Of a stretch of DNA of 28,506 nt, positions 10,601-19,622 are shown piece after piece. A model generated the notes under the pieces. The model did no database searches, was not told where the DNA came from, and worked only from the letters and a program-made list of their open reading frames with translations. Positions within the stretch are counted from its first letter, which is position 1; every line of letters starts with the position of its first letter. Origin of the DNA: a virus (taxonomy: Duplodnaviria; Caudoviricetes); IMG/VR virus record IMGVR_UViG_3300020074_000092, positions 1-28,506 of that record; one strand, given 5' to 3'. The position numbers and the translations under genes are program-made.

Positions 10601-13600
10601 TTCAAGTGATACTGGAGATGTATTTACTGTAAATAGTTATGATGAGGAAAGATTTTTATCAGATATTCCATCTATTGGTGCAAATAGTTTAAGAGCATCT
10701 GATACTTTAGATTTTAGACCTAGAGTACCAGTTTTCACTAGCACTACAGCATCTCCATTTGATTTTTCCTCTAGAACATTTGGTACAGATCCAAAAATTA
10801 TTATGTCACCAAATGAAAGTGCATTGATTGGTTATGATTTTTACTTAGGTAGGATTGATAAACTTTATCTGGATAAATCTGGCGTATTTACAATTCTACA
10901 AGGTATTCCATCTACAGATCCGAAAGCACCTAAGAATCCAGACGAGGTAATGGAAATTGCTACAATTACATTACCGCCATATTTGTATAATCCAAAAGAC
11001 GCTTCAATATCTTTAGTTGATAATAGAAGATATACAATGCGTGATATTGGTAAAATAGAAGATAGAGTTGAAAACTTAGAAAGAGTAACTTCATTATCCC
11101 TATTAGAACTGAATACTCAAACTTTACAAATCCAAGATGCTCAGGGACTTAATAGATTTAAAACTGGATTTTTTGTAGATGATTTTAAAAATAATAACTT
11201 ATTAGATACAGAATTTTCGACTATAGAAATTGATTCAGTAAATAATGAATTAAGACCAAAAGTTTCTAAAAATAGTATTAGTTTAAAACCAGTATCTGCA
11301 CAAGATATAACTGATGAAGATTTAGATTTAAACAGTAATTTTGAATTACTTGATTCAAATGTTCAAAAGACTGGAGATGTAATTACACTAAAATATGATT
11401 CAGTTGGTTGGATTGAGCAAACATTTGCAACAACAGTTGAGAATGTTAACCCATTCCATGTTGTTTCTTATAGTGGAAGTATAATATTAAATCCATCAAG
11501 TGATAGTTGGGTAAGAACAATTAGGTTAGCAGATGTTTCTATAACAGAGAAAAAGAAAAAGAGAGTAGGTGTAACAGGAACTTTTTCAGTTGTTAGACGT
11601 ACAACAACAGTAACAGAAGAAGATCGATTAATTTCGAGTGGTTCTGAATTATACATGAGATCTAGAAACACTCAGTTTAGTGCTGTTAAGTTAAAATCAC
11701 TAACTAGATATTATCAATTCTTAGACGGAAATAGCGGAGTAGATTTCATACCTAAACTTGTAGAAATTGCTAATGATTCAACACTTCAAAATTATGGAGC
11801 GTCTACTGCTTTCCAAGTAGGAGAAACTGTAATTGGAACTGCTAATGGAAACAATTTAATTAGTTTTAGAGTTGCTGCATCAAATCATAAAGAGGGTGCA
11901 TTCAATTCACCATCAGTAACATACACAACTAACCCATATTTGTCTTCAGAAACTATACCAGAGTTTTACAGTGCTTCATCTAAAATTTTAAATATTGACA
12001 TATCTTCTTTATGTTCAGAAGTACAAGGTTTATACTCTGGGTATTTAACAACGGGTATGATTTTAGTTGGTCAAACAAGTAATGCTGTTGCATATGTAAA
12101 AGATCTAAGATTAATCACTGATATTAATGGTTCTATAACAGGATCATTCTTCTTAAGAGACCCAAATGGAAATCCTCCTCCTGCTGTTAGAATATCAACT
12201 GGTTCAAAAGTTTATAAGTTAACATCAAGTTTAACTAATGAAACTCCACTACCTGGGGATACATTAATTTCCTCTGGAGAAACAATTTATAAATCAGAGG
12301 GAACCTGGGAAGAGAGGCAAAAAGTTACGACCACAACGACAACAACATATTTTGTTGATCCACTTGCACAATCTTTTTCTGTAGGTGGTTCTACAGAGGT
12401 ATCTGATGGTATTAAACCAGAGGAAGATGTAAATGGCGCATATTTAACTGCAGTTGACATATTCTTTGCAACTAAAGATTCAAATAATGCACCTCTTACA
12501 GTAGAAGTTAGAACCGTTGAATTAGGAACTCCAACTAGAATTATTGTTGGCAATCCAGTAACATTAAAACCATCCGATATTACAACTTCCGCAGATGCAT
12601 CTATAGCAACTAAAATAACATTTGATTATCCAATTTATCTTGCTCCCAATTTAGAGTACGCTATAGTTTTACTTGCTCCACAATCTAACGAGTATCAAGT
12701 TTGGATTGCTGAAATGGATGCAAAAACAATTCAAACCAAAAATCTTCCAGATACTCAGGCAATCAGATATTCTAGACAATTTGGATTGGGAAGTCTATTT
12801 AAATCTCAAAATGGTTCTATTTGGACTGCAAACCAATATCAAGATATGAAGTTTAAGTTATACAAAGCAAGATTTACTTCTACTTCAGGAAGTGCATTTT
12901 TCCATAATTCAACTTTAAATCAAAGTAATAATTATATACCTACACTAGAATCCAACCCTATTACAATTTTACCAAAAAAATTAAAAGTTGGTGTCGCAAC
13001 AATTACAGATTCTGGTTTAATATCTGCTTTATCTATAGGAAGAAAAGTTTCTGTCCAAAATGCTTCATATAATTATGGTTATATTGAAAAAACAGGAAAT
13101 TCAGTTTCTTCAGTTGTGATCACTACGGGAGGTTCAAATTATAGCGTTTGTAATAGTGTGGAAACATATAATATTACCGGTAATGGTTCAGGATTAAAAG
13201 TAAACATTCTAAGTGTATCTAATGGTGCCATAACAGGAATTGGAATATCTGTTCCAGGTAATGGTTATTCAGTTGGTGATGTAGTTGGTATTGTTACATC
13301 AACTGTAAGTCCAGTTGGAGGTCGTGATTCACGTATTACAATTACCGGAATATCAAATGGGATTGATACATTATACTTATCAAATGTTCAGAGTAATTCT
13401 TTTAGTGTTGGCGTTTCTTCTTTAGCATATTACAACAATTCTGGAAATTTCACGTCAACTGGAGCTACAATCACATCATCAACCTCTATCGGTGATGTAT
13501 ATTCTGGAAACTTCTTTAAGATTAATCATTATGAACATGGAATGTATTCAAATGTAAATAAAGTCAGAATTTTTGATGTTCAAAGTGATATACCATCAAC

Positions 13601-14870
13601 AACATTATCTACACCAGTATTAGTTTCCGATACTGCAATTAGTTTGGCGTCAACAGCAAATTTTGCAACTTTTGAAGGTTTACCAGTAAGTGCAACAAAT
13701 CCAGGATTTATCAAGATAGGAAATGAAATTTTAAAATATACATCTCCTCCTGGTGCAGGGACAATTAATGTTACTAGAGGAATTGATTCAACTATAGTAA
13801 CGTCTCACGATACAACTGATCCCGTTTACAAGTATGAAATTGGTGGCGTATCATTAAGAAGAATAAATAAAACTCACGACATCAGTGATACTGGTATTGA
13901 TATTGATAGTTACTATGTTGAATTTGATAGAACTAATTTTGATTCAAATGTATCGAGTAGATCTACTGATCAAGGGAGTGGAGGATCTCCAGAAAATTCT
14001 CCACAACTATCATTTAATTCTGAATTATCTTGTGGTGGAAATAATGTTCAAGCAACGGAAAATATTCAGTTTAATAGTTTAATTCCACATATTGGACTAT
14101 TAAGTCCAAGTTCAACAACTTCAGTATCTGGAGAAATTAGAACAGTTAGTGGAACAAGTGTCAGTGGAAATGAAACATCATTTATTGATCAACAATATGA
14201 ACCAGTTGAACTTGGGGTCGAAAATAGACTTATTTCTACAAGAATTGTATGCTCTAATGTAAATGAACAAGAATATTTGGGATCTCTTTTAAGAAATAAA
14301 TCATTTACAATGAAAGTTAATTTAGAAACTACAGATTCTAATCTTTCACCCATGATCTTCTGGAAGCAATCTTCTGTTGAATTTTTAAATAGTAGATTAA
14401 ATAAACCAATACAAGATTATTCTGGGGATAATAGAGTTAATAGTATCTTCAATGATCCACATGCTGCAATTTATGTATCAAATACAGTTAGACTAGCACA
14501 ACCAGCAACTTCACTTAAAGTTATTTTGAGTGCTTATAGACATTCATCTGCAGATTTTAGAGTATTATATAGTTTGATTAGACCAGATTCGAGTGAAGTT
14601 GAACCATCATTTGAGTTATTCCCTGGTTATGAAAACTTAACAGTTGATAATAATCAAGATGGATTTTTAGATGTTGTTGATCCTTCTAAAAATAATGGAC
14701 TTTCTGATATTTTTGTACCAGAAAGTTTAGATGATCAATTCTTAGAGTATGATTTTAGTGCTAATAATCTTGGTAGTTTTACTGGATATACCATCAAAGT
14801 GGTAATGTCAGGAACTAATCAGGCATATGCACCAAGATTTAAAGATCTCAGAAGTATTGCTTTAGCGTGA
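7683..14870 (+). CDS. Large virion structural protein, VrlC-like (DUF4815-type), probably baseplate/tail associated
   Basis: 2395 aa. Motifs NLNVSPYFDDF, QTRELNTLQSILQNQ, APGADRFKI, RTYDESGNY, NRRYTMRDIGKIEDRVENLE, RFKTGFFVDDF, DPLAQSF, GSLFKSQN and C-terminal PRFKDLRSIALA. Usual position after gp8 in cyanophages. Confidence 0.85.
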   Translation: MAQKTNLNVSPYFDDFSEPTIGAKDKDYYKILFNPGKAIQTRELNTLQSILQNQIETFGSHIFKEGSVVIPGNITYDGQFYAVRVNPKQYDVDVTTYLQNFVGKKITGQVSGITATVQLVQLPNSDIEYATLYVKYIDSDSDFKISQFQNNETLSASETVDSITSGIPFATTISSEASSIGSAASIGEGVYFIRGIFVRVPQQTIILDYYTNTPSYRVGLRINEQIITAKDDSTLYDNAKGFTNYAAPGADRFKISLILSKKLLTDLDDTDFVELLRVRNGAIQKIQVKSSYSLIRDYLAQRTYDESGNYTVTPFQFTLNNSLNNRLGNDGLFFSNEKTNQGNTPNDDLMCVKLSPGKAYVRGYDIEKTGVEIIDVPKPRTTQKVSSVNIPFEMGNLLRVNNVTGAPKQKEIVYLQNRRKNSTINPAGSTIGSARIYNFNVTDAAYSGASTNWDIYLYDIQTYTELTLNQSVSSSEIPATSFIKGKSSGASGYAVSAGSGTNIISVRQTSGTFSVGEQIFINGVELYPRTISSVKIYGIDDIKSVYQSTAVSGFTTAFLSDTQLDIISRPELITITAASGGISTATVSSPATFSGIKTDTIIRYQRDGASSEIYNRVVSISPSLNSMTLEAVTSVSNICDGSLPGVGLTSKVSYSLGVSILKNEERGFLYAQLPNSNVSSTDLSASTITFSAQSNSTFTVSTNTLTVNTGNFNLGINSTSVNFEAYDEERYSIFYSNGTIENLTSDKVNVSGNQVTFSNISNGQISAINATFVKNGIQSKIKQFNRSKIINITLSKDPQSGVGVNTSINDGLTYNQYYGLRVQDEEISLNYPDVANVIAVYESLDTSSPVLDQVLFNSIANVSNNAIIGENIIGSTSKSVARVVSKPSSDTLGIVYLNDSKFISGENVTFEESNVNTTIASITLGKYRNITTKFILDKGQKEQYYDYSKLIRKNGESSPSKQLLIIFDYYSVPSSDTGDVFTVNSYDEERFLSDIPSIGANSLRASDTLDFRPRVPVFTSTTASPFDFSSRTFGTDPKIIMSPNESALIGYDFYLGRIDKLYLDKSGVFTILQGIPSTDPKAPKNPDEVMEIATITLPPYLYNPKDASISLVDNRRYTMRDIGKIEDRVENLERVTSLSLLELNTQTLQIQDAQGLNRFKTGFFVDDFKNNNLLDTEFSTIEIDSVNNELRPKVSKNSISLKPVSAQDITDEDLDLNSNFELLDSNVQKTGDVITLKYDSVGWIEQTFATTVENVNPFHVVSYSGSIILNPSSDSWVRTIRLADVSITEKKKKRVGVTGTFSVVRRTTTVTEEDRLISSGSELYMRSRNTQFSAVKLKSLTRYYQFLDGNSGVDFIPKLVEIANDSTLQNYGASTAFQVGETVIGTANGNNLISFRVAASNHKEGAFNSPSVTYTTNPYLSSETIPEFYSASSKILNIDISSLCSEVQGLYSGYLTTGMILVGQTSNAVAYVKDLRLITDINGSITGSFFLRDPNGNPPPAVRISTGSKVYKLTSSLTNETPLPGDTLISSGETIYKSEGTWEERQKVTTTTTTTYFVDPLAQSFSVGGSTEVSDGIKPEEDVNGAYLTAVDIFFATKDSNNAPLTVEVRTVELGTPTRIIVGNPVTLKPSDITTSADASIATKITFDYPIYLAPNLEYAIVLLAPQSNEYQVWIAEMDAKTIQTKNLPDTQAIRYSRQFGLGSLFKSQNGSIWTANQYQDMKFKLYKARFTSTSGSAFFHNSTLNQSNNYIPTLESNPITILPKKLKVGVATITDSGLISALSIGRKVSVQNASYNYGYIEKTGNSVSSVVITTGGSNYSVCNSVETYNITGNGSGLKVNILSVSNGAITGIGISVPGNGYSVGDVVGIVTSTVSPVGGRDSRITITGISNGIDTLYLSNVQSNSFSVGVSSLAYYNNSGNFTSTGATITSSTSIGDVYSGNFFKINHYEHGMYSNVNKVRIFDVQSDIPSTTLSTPVLVSDTAISLASTANFATFEGLPVSATNPGFIKIGNEILKYTSPPGAGTINVTRGIDSTIVTSHDTTDPVYKYEIGGVSLRRINKTHDISDTGIDIDSYYVEFDRTNFDSNVSSRSTDQGSGGSPENSPQLSFNSELSCGGNNVQATENIQFNSLIPHIGLLSPSSTTSVSGEIRTVSGTSVSGNETSFIDQQYEPVELGVENRLISTRIVCSNVNEQEYLGSLLRNKSFTMKVNLETTDSNLSPMIFWKQSSVEFLNSRLNKPIQDYSGDNRVNSIFNDPHAAIYVSNTVRLAQPATSLKVILSAYRHSSADFRVLYSLIRPDSSEVEPSFELFPGYENLTVDNNQDGFLDVVDPSKNNGLSDIFVPESLDDQFLEYDFSANNLGSFTGYTIKVVMSGTNQAYAPRFKDLRSIALA

Positions 14871-15070
14871 TGATTCCGGTCAAAGGATTTCCAAATTTAT
14901 ACAGAGATGAAAAAACTGGCGCTATATTAAATTATGATAGTCAATCATATAATCAATATATGAATGCTAAAAATAATCGTGAATTGCAAAAATTTGAACT
15001 TGAAGAAATGAAAAAAGACATTGAAGAAATTAAACTTTTATTAAAGGAGATTATTAATGGATCCAAATGA
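14870..15070 (+). CDS. Small conserved phage protein with C-terminal coiled coil (66 aa)
   Basis: ATG at 14870 overlaps the upstream stop (TGATG), in frame with the track's GTG at 14867. NLYRDEKTGAILN motif followed by a heptad-like ELEEMKKDIEEIKLLLKEII. Confidence 0.75.
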   Translation: MIPVKGFPNLYRDEKTGAILNYDSQSYNQYMNAKNNRELQKFELEEMKKDIEEIKLLLKEIINGSK

Positions 15071-15233
15071 AATTAGTTTAGAATCAATGAATAAACTATT
15101 TGAGTATGAAAAACATTCAAGAGCCATTGATACTTTAGATTTGGAAGATCTTAAAAAATTTGCAAAACTATATTGCAAATTGTACCTAAAACAACAAGAA
15201 GTTATAGGATTTTTAGGTAATCTTGGAATATAA
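15057..15233 (+). CDS. 58-aa helical protein, possibly NblA-like (not in the ORF track)
   Basis: Hand translation: MDPNEISLESMNKLFEYEKHSRAIDTLDLEDLKKFAKLYCKLYLKQQEVIGFLGNLGI*. Strong SD AAGGAG at 15044-15049, 7 nt before the ATG. It fills an otherwise empty gap. The gene call is solid; the NblA function is tentative. Confidence 0.8.
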   Translation: MDPNEISLESMNKLFEYEKHSRAIDTLDLEDLKKFAKLYCKLYLKQQEVIGFLGNLGI

Positions 15234-15236
15234 ATA
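15229..15236 (+). promoter_or_regulatory. T4-type late promoter TATAAATA
   Basis: Exact TATAAATA overlapping the TAA stop of the 58-aa ORF, 23 nt upstream of the ATG at 15260. Confidence 0.85.
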
Positions 15237-15259
15237 AAAAGTAGGATATTAAAAGATAG

Positions 15260-15601
15260 ATGGCAGCAGTATATGTCAATAATTTAGTGATTAATGCTGG
15301 CAGTGATTTTACTCAATCTTTCACTTTAGAGGGGTCAGAAACAAATTCTGTTTTTGATTTAAATGGATATACTGTAGAATCTCAAATGAGAAAGTGGTAT
15401 GGTAGTTCATCATCTACAAATTTTACTGCTGAAATTATCGTACCATCTGATGGAAAAATATCAATATCTCTAACTTCTACACAAACAACTAGTTTAAAAC
15501 CTGGAAGATATGTTTATGATGTAGTAATTACTGATGATTTTGGAACAAAAAATAGAGTTATTGAGGGAATGGTTCTCGTAACAGAGGGAGTTACCCGATA
15601 A
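15260..15601 (+). CDS. Small beta-sandwich virion structural protein (113 aa)
   Basis: NLVINAGSDF...QMRK...G.I.ISLT..QT..LKPGRYVYDVVI......RVIEG...V..GVT pattern, recalled from small cyanophage structural proteins near tail genes. First gene after a late promoter. Confidence 0.7.
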   Translation: MAAVYVNNLVINAGSDFTQSFTLEGSETNSVFDLNGYTVESQMRKWYGSSSSTNFTAEIIVPSDGKISISLTSTQTTSLKPGRYVYDVVITDDFGTKNRVIEGMVLVTEGVTR

Positions 15602-16152
15602 TGGCAGATATTAAAGTTAGAGTTGGGCAACAAAATACTGTAAAAATTATTTCTAGTGTTTCTGGAGCTGCGGGAGGTAGATCAGAAATTGCAAAAAATG
15701 TAATTGGTGGAATAGCCTCAGTAACACAGTTAAGTGTTTCTGGAGTATCAAATCATGTTGGTGTCAGTACATTCCAATCAACACTCTTTGCCAACCGGTT
15801 AAGTGTCGCTGGTGTATCAACATTTATTGGGATTGCAACATTTCTAAGTGATGTATATATTAACGGAGATCTTTATATACAGGATGATCTTCGTTTTGAT
15901 GAATTTATTGCTAGAAATGCAATTGTAACTGGTATTATATCAACTAATAATTTAATTGCTGGTATATCTACAGTAAATACATTTTATTACACTCCATCAT
16001 ATACTAATGGAGTCGCATATTTTAATTCATCGGGATTAATGGTCTCTACAGGATCAACAAGTTCTAGTATTGATTATACTAACTACATACTTACAACAGA
16101 TAACTCTGGTATTCCTATTTGGTCCAATGTCATCGATGGAGGCTCATACTAA
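15601..16152 (+). CDS. Putative short fibre-like structural protein (183 aa)
   Basis: TAATG-coupled at both ends. Repeated L.V.GVSTF.G beta-strand units typical of cyanophage fibre proteins. Ends PIWSNVIDGGSY. Confidence 0.6.
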   Translation: MADIKVRVGQQNTVKIISSVSGAAGGRSEIAKNVIGGIASVTQLSVSGVSNHVGVSTFQSTLFANRLSVAGVSTFIGIATFLSDVYINGDLYIQDDLRFDEFIARNAIVTGIISTNNLIAGISTVNTFYYTPSYTNGVAYFNSSGLMVSTGSTSSSIDYTNYILTTDNSGIPIWSNVIDGGSY

Positions 16153-16994
16153 TGTCTAAACCAGCATCTAGGCAACAACTTGTCGATTATTGTTTAAGGC
16201 GTTTGGGCGCTCCAGTACTAGAAATTAATTTGGATGATGACCAAATAGATGATTTAGTTGATGATGCCTTACAATACTTTCATGAAAGGCACTTTGATGG
16301 TGTTGAAAGAATGTATCTTAAATATAAGATAACGCAGCAAGATATTGATAGAGGTAAATCTAAAGGAACTAATGGTGTTGGTATTGTAACCACAACAGGA
16401 TCTTCAAATATAGTAGGAGTAGGAACAACTTCTTTTAATTTTTATGAAACTGCCAATTATATTCAAGTTCCAGATTCAGTAATTGGTATTGAAAAAGTAT
16501 TTAAATTTGATACTAGTTCTATTTCTGGAGGAATGTTTAGTATTAAGTATCAGTTATTTTTGAACGATCTTTATTACTTCAATTCTGTTGAACTTTTACA
16601 GTATGCAATGGTAAAGACATATTTAGAGGATATAGATTTTCTTTTGACTACTGATAAACAAATTAGATTTAATAAAAGACAAAATAGAATGTATCTTGAT
16701 ATTGAATGGGCGGCTCAAAAAGCAGATTCTTTTATAGTTATCGATTGTTACAGAATTTTAGATCCAAATGATTTTACTAAAGTTTACAATGATAGTTTTT
16801 TGAAAAAATATTTAACTGCATTAATGAAAAAACAATGGGGGCAAAATTTAATTAAATTCAGAGGAGTAAAACTCCCTGGTGGAATTGAACTTAATGGTAG
16901 AGAATTATATGAGGATGCTGAAAGAGAGTTAGAGAATATTAGAGAAAGAATGTCCATGGACTATGAACTTCCACCTTACGATTTTATTGGATAA
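16152..16994 (+). CDS. gp13: Neck protein gp13 (280 aa)
   Basis: True start is probably the ATG at 16152 (TAATG overlap), not 16119. Motifs LVDYCLRRLGAPVLEINLDDDQIDD, HFDG, KKQWGQNLIKFRGVKLPGGIELNG and C-terminal PPYDFIG. Confidence 0.93.
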   Translation: MSKPASRQQLVDYCLRRLGAPVLEINLDDDQIDDLVDDALQYFHERHFDGVERMYLKYKITQQDIDRGKSKGTNGVGIVTTTGSSNIVGVGTTSFNFYETANYIQVPDSVIGIEKVFKFDTSSISGGMFSIKYQLFLNDLYYFNSVELLQYAMVKTYLEDIDFLLTTDKQIRFNKRQNRMYLDIEWAAQKADSFIVIDCYRILDPNDFTKVYNDSFLKKYLTALMKKQWGQNLIKFRGVKLPGGIELNGRELYEDAERELENIRERMSMDYELPPYDFIG

Positions 16995-16996
16995 TA

Positions 16997-18388
16997 ATGG
17001 CACTTAATCCATTTTTCTTACAAGGATCTTCTGGAGAACAGAGACTAGTTCAAGATCTAATCAATGAACAACTAAAAATTTATGGAATTGATGTAATTTA
17101 TATTCCAAGAAAATTTGTTAAAAAGCAAACTATTCTTAAAGAAATATCGTCATCAAAATTTAATGATAATTTTGCGATTGAAGCATATGTCAATAATTAT
17201 GATGGATATACTGGTCAAGGAGATATTTTAACAAAGTTTGGAATGAGTTTAAAGGATGAATTAAGTTTAGTTATATCTAAAGAAAGATTTGAAGATTTTA
17301 TTTCTCCATTCTTAGATGCTTTAGATAATGATGAAATTGTTCTTGCATCTAGACCTAGAGAGGGTGATTTAGTTTATTTTCCTTTAGGGCAAAGACTTTT
17401 TGAAGTTAAATTTGTCGAACATGAAGTTAATTTTTATCAATTAGGTAAACTATATGTTTATGAATTGAAATGCGAATTATTTGAGTATGAAGATGAAGTT
17501 ATTGATACTACAATTGATGAAATTGATACTCAAGTTCAAGATGAAGGTTATATTACTACTTTACAACTTATAGGTATTGGAGTTACAGCAACAGCAATTG
17601 CAGGAATTCATAGTGGTTACATTCGTCAAATATATTTAAACAACGATGGATCTGGATATACTTCATCTCCAACAGTTTCAATATCAACTGCTCCAGCTGG
17701 AGGAATTAATGCTCAAGCAGTTGCTATAACTACATCTAGAGCAGGCATTAGATCAATACTTGCGATAGAATTAACAAATTCTGGAGCTGGATATACTGAG
17801 GCACCAACTATTAATATTACTGGAGGTGGTGGAGTAGGTGCTTCATCCACTTGTGCAATTGAAACTACACTAAAAGGTATTACAAACTTTACAATCACTA
17901 ATAATGGATCTGGATATGCAACATCACCAACGGTTACGATTGTTGGTAATGTTGGAGTAGGAACAACTGGTATAGGAAAAGCAATAGTGGGTACTGATCA
18001 ATCTATATCTTCAATCAGAATCATTAATTCTGGAGTTGGTTATACAGTGGCACCAACGGTTACAATTGGAAATCCAGCAATTATATCTGGAATTGGTACT
18101 TATAAATTTAATGAAATTATTACTGGATCAATTTCAGGTACTACGGGAAGAGTTAAATCTTGGGACAAAGATACAAAAGTTCTTAAAGTATCATTTATCA
18201 ATGATGCATCTAAAAAAGGATTTTACAAAGGTGAATTAATTGTTGGAGCAGCGTCTAGCGCCACATACGCAGTATCTTCATATAATACTTGGGATGAATA
18301 TGATAAATATAGTGAAAATACCCAAATTGAAACAGAAGCGGATAATATTATAGATTTTTCAGAGTCTAATCCATTCGGCACATTCTAA
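16997..18388 (+). CDS. gp14: Neck protein gp14 with internal repeat insertion
   Basis: EQRLVQDLINEQLKIYGIDVIYIPR, RPREGDLVYFPL, FEVKFVEHE, FYQLGK and C-terminal IIDFSESNPFG. Follows gp13. Confidence 0.92.
   Translation: MALNPFFLQGSSGEQRLVQDLINEQLKIYGIDVIYIPRKFVKKQTILKEISSSKFNDNFAIEAYVNNYDGYTGQGDILTKFGMSLKDELSLVISKERFEDFISPFLDALDNDEIVLASRPREGDLVYFPLGQRLFEVKFVEHEVNFYQLGKLYVYELKCELFEYEDEVIDTTIDEIDTQVQDEGYITTLQLIGIGVTATAIAGIHSGYIRQIYLNNDGSGYTSSPTVSISTAPAGGINAQAVAITTSRAGIRSILAIELTNSGAGYTEAPTINITGGGGVGASSTCAIETTLKGITNFTITNNGSGYATSPTVTIVGNVGVGTTGIGKAIVGTDQSISSIRIINSGVGYTVAPTVTIGNPAIISGIGTYKFNEIITGSISGTTGRVKSWDKDTKVLKVSFINDASKKGFYKGELIVGAASSATYAVSSYNTWDEYDKYSENTQIETEADNIIDFSESNPFGTF
17648..18067 (+). 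repeat. Four roughly 40-aa protein repeats (G.GY...PT[VI].I) inside gp14
   Basis: GSGYTSSPTVSI, GAGYTEAPTINI, GSGYATSPTVTI and GVGYTVAPTVTI in the translation. Confidence 0.85.
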
Positions 18389-19185
18389 TGTTAGGAACTT
18401 ACTATTACCATCAAATTATAAGAAAAACTGTTATTGCATTTGGAACTTTGTTTAATGAAATTTACATTAAACATAAAGATTCAGATGATAATAATATCAG
18501 CGAAATAAAAGTTCCTTTGGCATATGGACCAATTCAAAAGTTTCTTGCCAGAATAGAGCAGCAACCAGAATTGAATAAACCAATTGCTATGACTTTGCCA
18601 AGAATGGCATTTGAAATGACTTCAATTCAATATGATGCAACTAGAAAAGCAAATGTAACTCAAACTTTTAAAACTTTAGATGGTTCAAATTTAAAAAAAG
18701 TTTATTTACCAGTTCCATATAATATTGGATTTCAATTAAATTTAATGAGTAAAGTGCAGGATGATGCTTTACAAATTGTTGAGCAAGTTTTACCATATTT
18801 TCAACCATCTTTTAATTTAACTGTAGATTTAGTTAATTCAATTGGAGAAAAAAGGGATATTCCAGTTGTTTTAGATAGTGTTACCTTTACTGATGATTAT
18901 GAAGGTGATTTTTCAACCAGAAGAATTTTAATATATACATTTAACTTTACTGCAAAGACATATCTCTTTGGACCAATTGCCGAAAGCACTGAAGGATTAA
19001 TTCGTAAGGTACAAGTTGATTATTATACTGGAACTGAAACTTCAACTGCTAAGAGAGAAATGAGATATACCGTTGTTCCAGATCCCATTAATGCTGCACC
19101 AGATGATGATTTTGGATTTAACGAATCTATTGAAATGTTCTTTGATGGTAAAGAATATAGTCCAACTCAGCAAAAAGATATTTAA
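18388..19185 (+). CDS. gp15: Tail sheath stabiliser / tail completion protein gp15
   Basis: YYYHQIIRKTVIAFGTLFN, KVPLAYGPIQKFLAR, LPRMAFEM, PVPYNIGF, QIVEQVLPYFQP. Confidence 0.93.
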   Translation: MLGTYYYHQIIRKTVIAFGTLFNEIYIKHKDSDDNNISEIKVPLAYGPIQKFLARIEQQPELNKPIAMTLPRMAFEMTSIQYDATRKANVTQTFKTLDGSNLKKVYLPVPYNIGFQLNLMSKVQDDALQIVEQVLPYFQPSFNLTVDLVNSIGEKRDIPVVLDSVTFTDDYEGDFSTRRILIYTFNFTAKTYLFGPIAESTEGLIRKVQVDYYTGTETSTAKREMRYTVVPDPINAAPDDDFGFNESIEMFFDGKEYSPTQQKDI

Positions 19186-19187
19186 TT

Positions 19188-19610
19188 ATGAAAAATAGTT
19201 ATGAAAAATTAAATGAAACTCTGAATATTGAAAGTAGCATTATTGGGGTAGATAAAGTCAAAGAAGAGTTGACAATATCCCCATTAAAATCTGATGATAT
19301 AAAAAAAGATTATGAGTATACTCGTGCAAATTTGTATTCATTAATTGAAAAGGGGCAAGAGGCAATAAATGGAATAATGGAACTTGCTGGAGAGGGTGGT
19401 TCTCCAAGAGCATATGAGGTAGCTGGTCAACTTATTAAATCGGTTGGGGATGTAACTGATAAACTTATAGATTTACAAAAGAAATTAAAAGATGTTGAAG
19501 AAGATTCTAATAAAACCACAAATAATGTGACTAATAATGCTGTTTTTGTGGGATCAACTTCTGAATTATCAAAACTACTCAAACAAGGTTTTCTAAATAA
19601 TAAGGAGTAG
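19188..19610 (+). CDS. gp16: Terminase small subunit gp16
   Basis: DYEYTRANLYSLIEKGQEA, SPRAYEVAGQLIK, NNAVFVGSTSELSKLLK. Confidence 0.93.
   Translation: MKNSYEKLNETLNIESSIIGVDKVKEELTISPLKSDDIKKDYEYTRANLYSLIEKGQEAINGIMELAGEGGSPRAYEVAGQLIKSVGDVTDKLIDLQKKLKDVEEDSNKTTNNVTNNAVFVGSTSELSKLLKQGFLNNKE
19592..19599 (+). promoter_or_regulatory. Probable late promoter variant TCTAAATA inside the 3' end of gp16
   Basis: One mismatch to TATAAATA, 23 nt upstream of the ATG at 19623, the same spacing as the exact promoter at 15229. Confidence 0.6.
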
Positions 19611-19622
19611 TTCTTATTTCTA

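Noticed and set aside
606-14082. Short antisense or out-of-frame ORFs inside gp7 and the VrlC-like gene (606-809, 4744-4947, 9521-9808, 11468-11671, 12287-12553, 13885-14082)
   Set aside because: They are fully nested in long conserved genes and have no recognisable motifs; these are expected shadow ORFs.
16119-16151. 11-codon N-terminal extension of gp13 in the ORF track
   Set aside because: It overlaps the upstream gene. The ATG at 16152 gives a TAATG overlap and a typical MSKPASR start.
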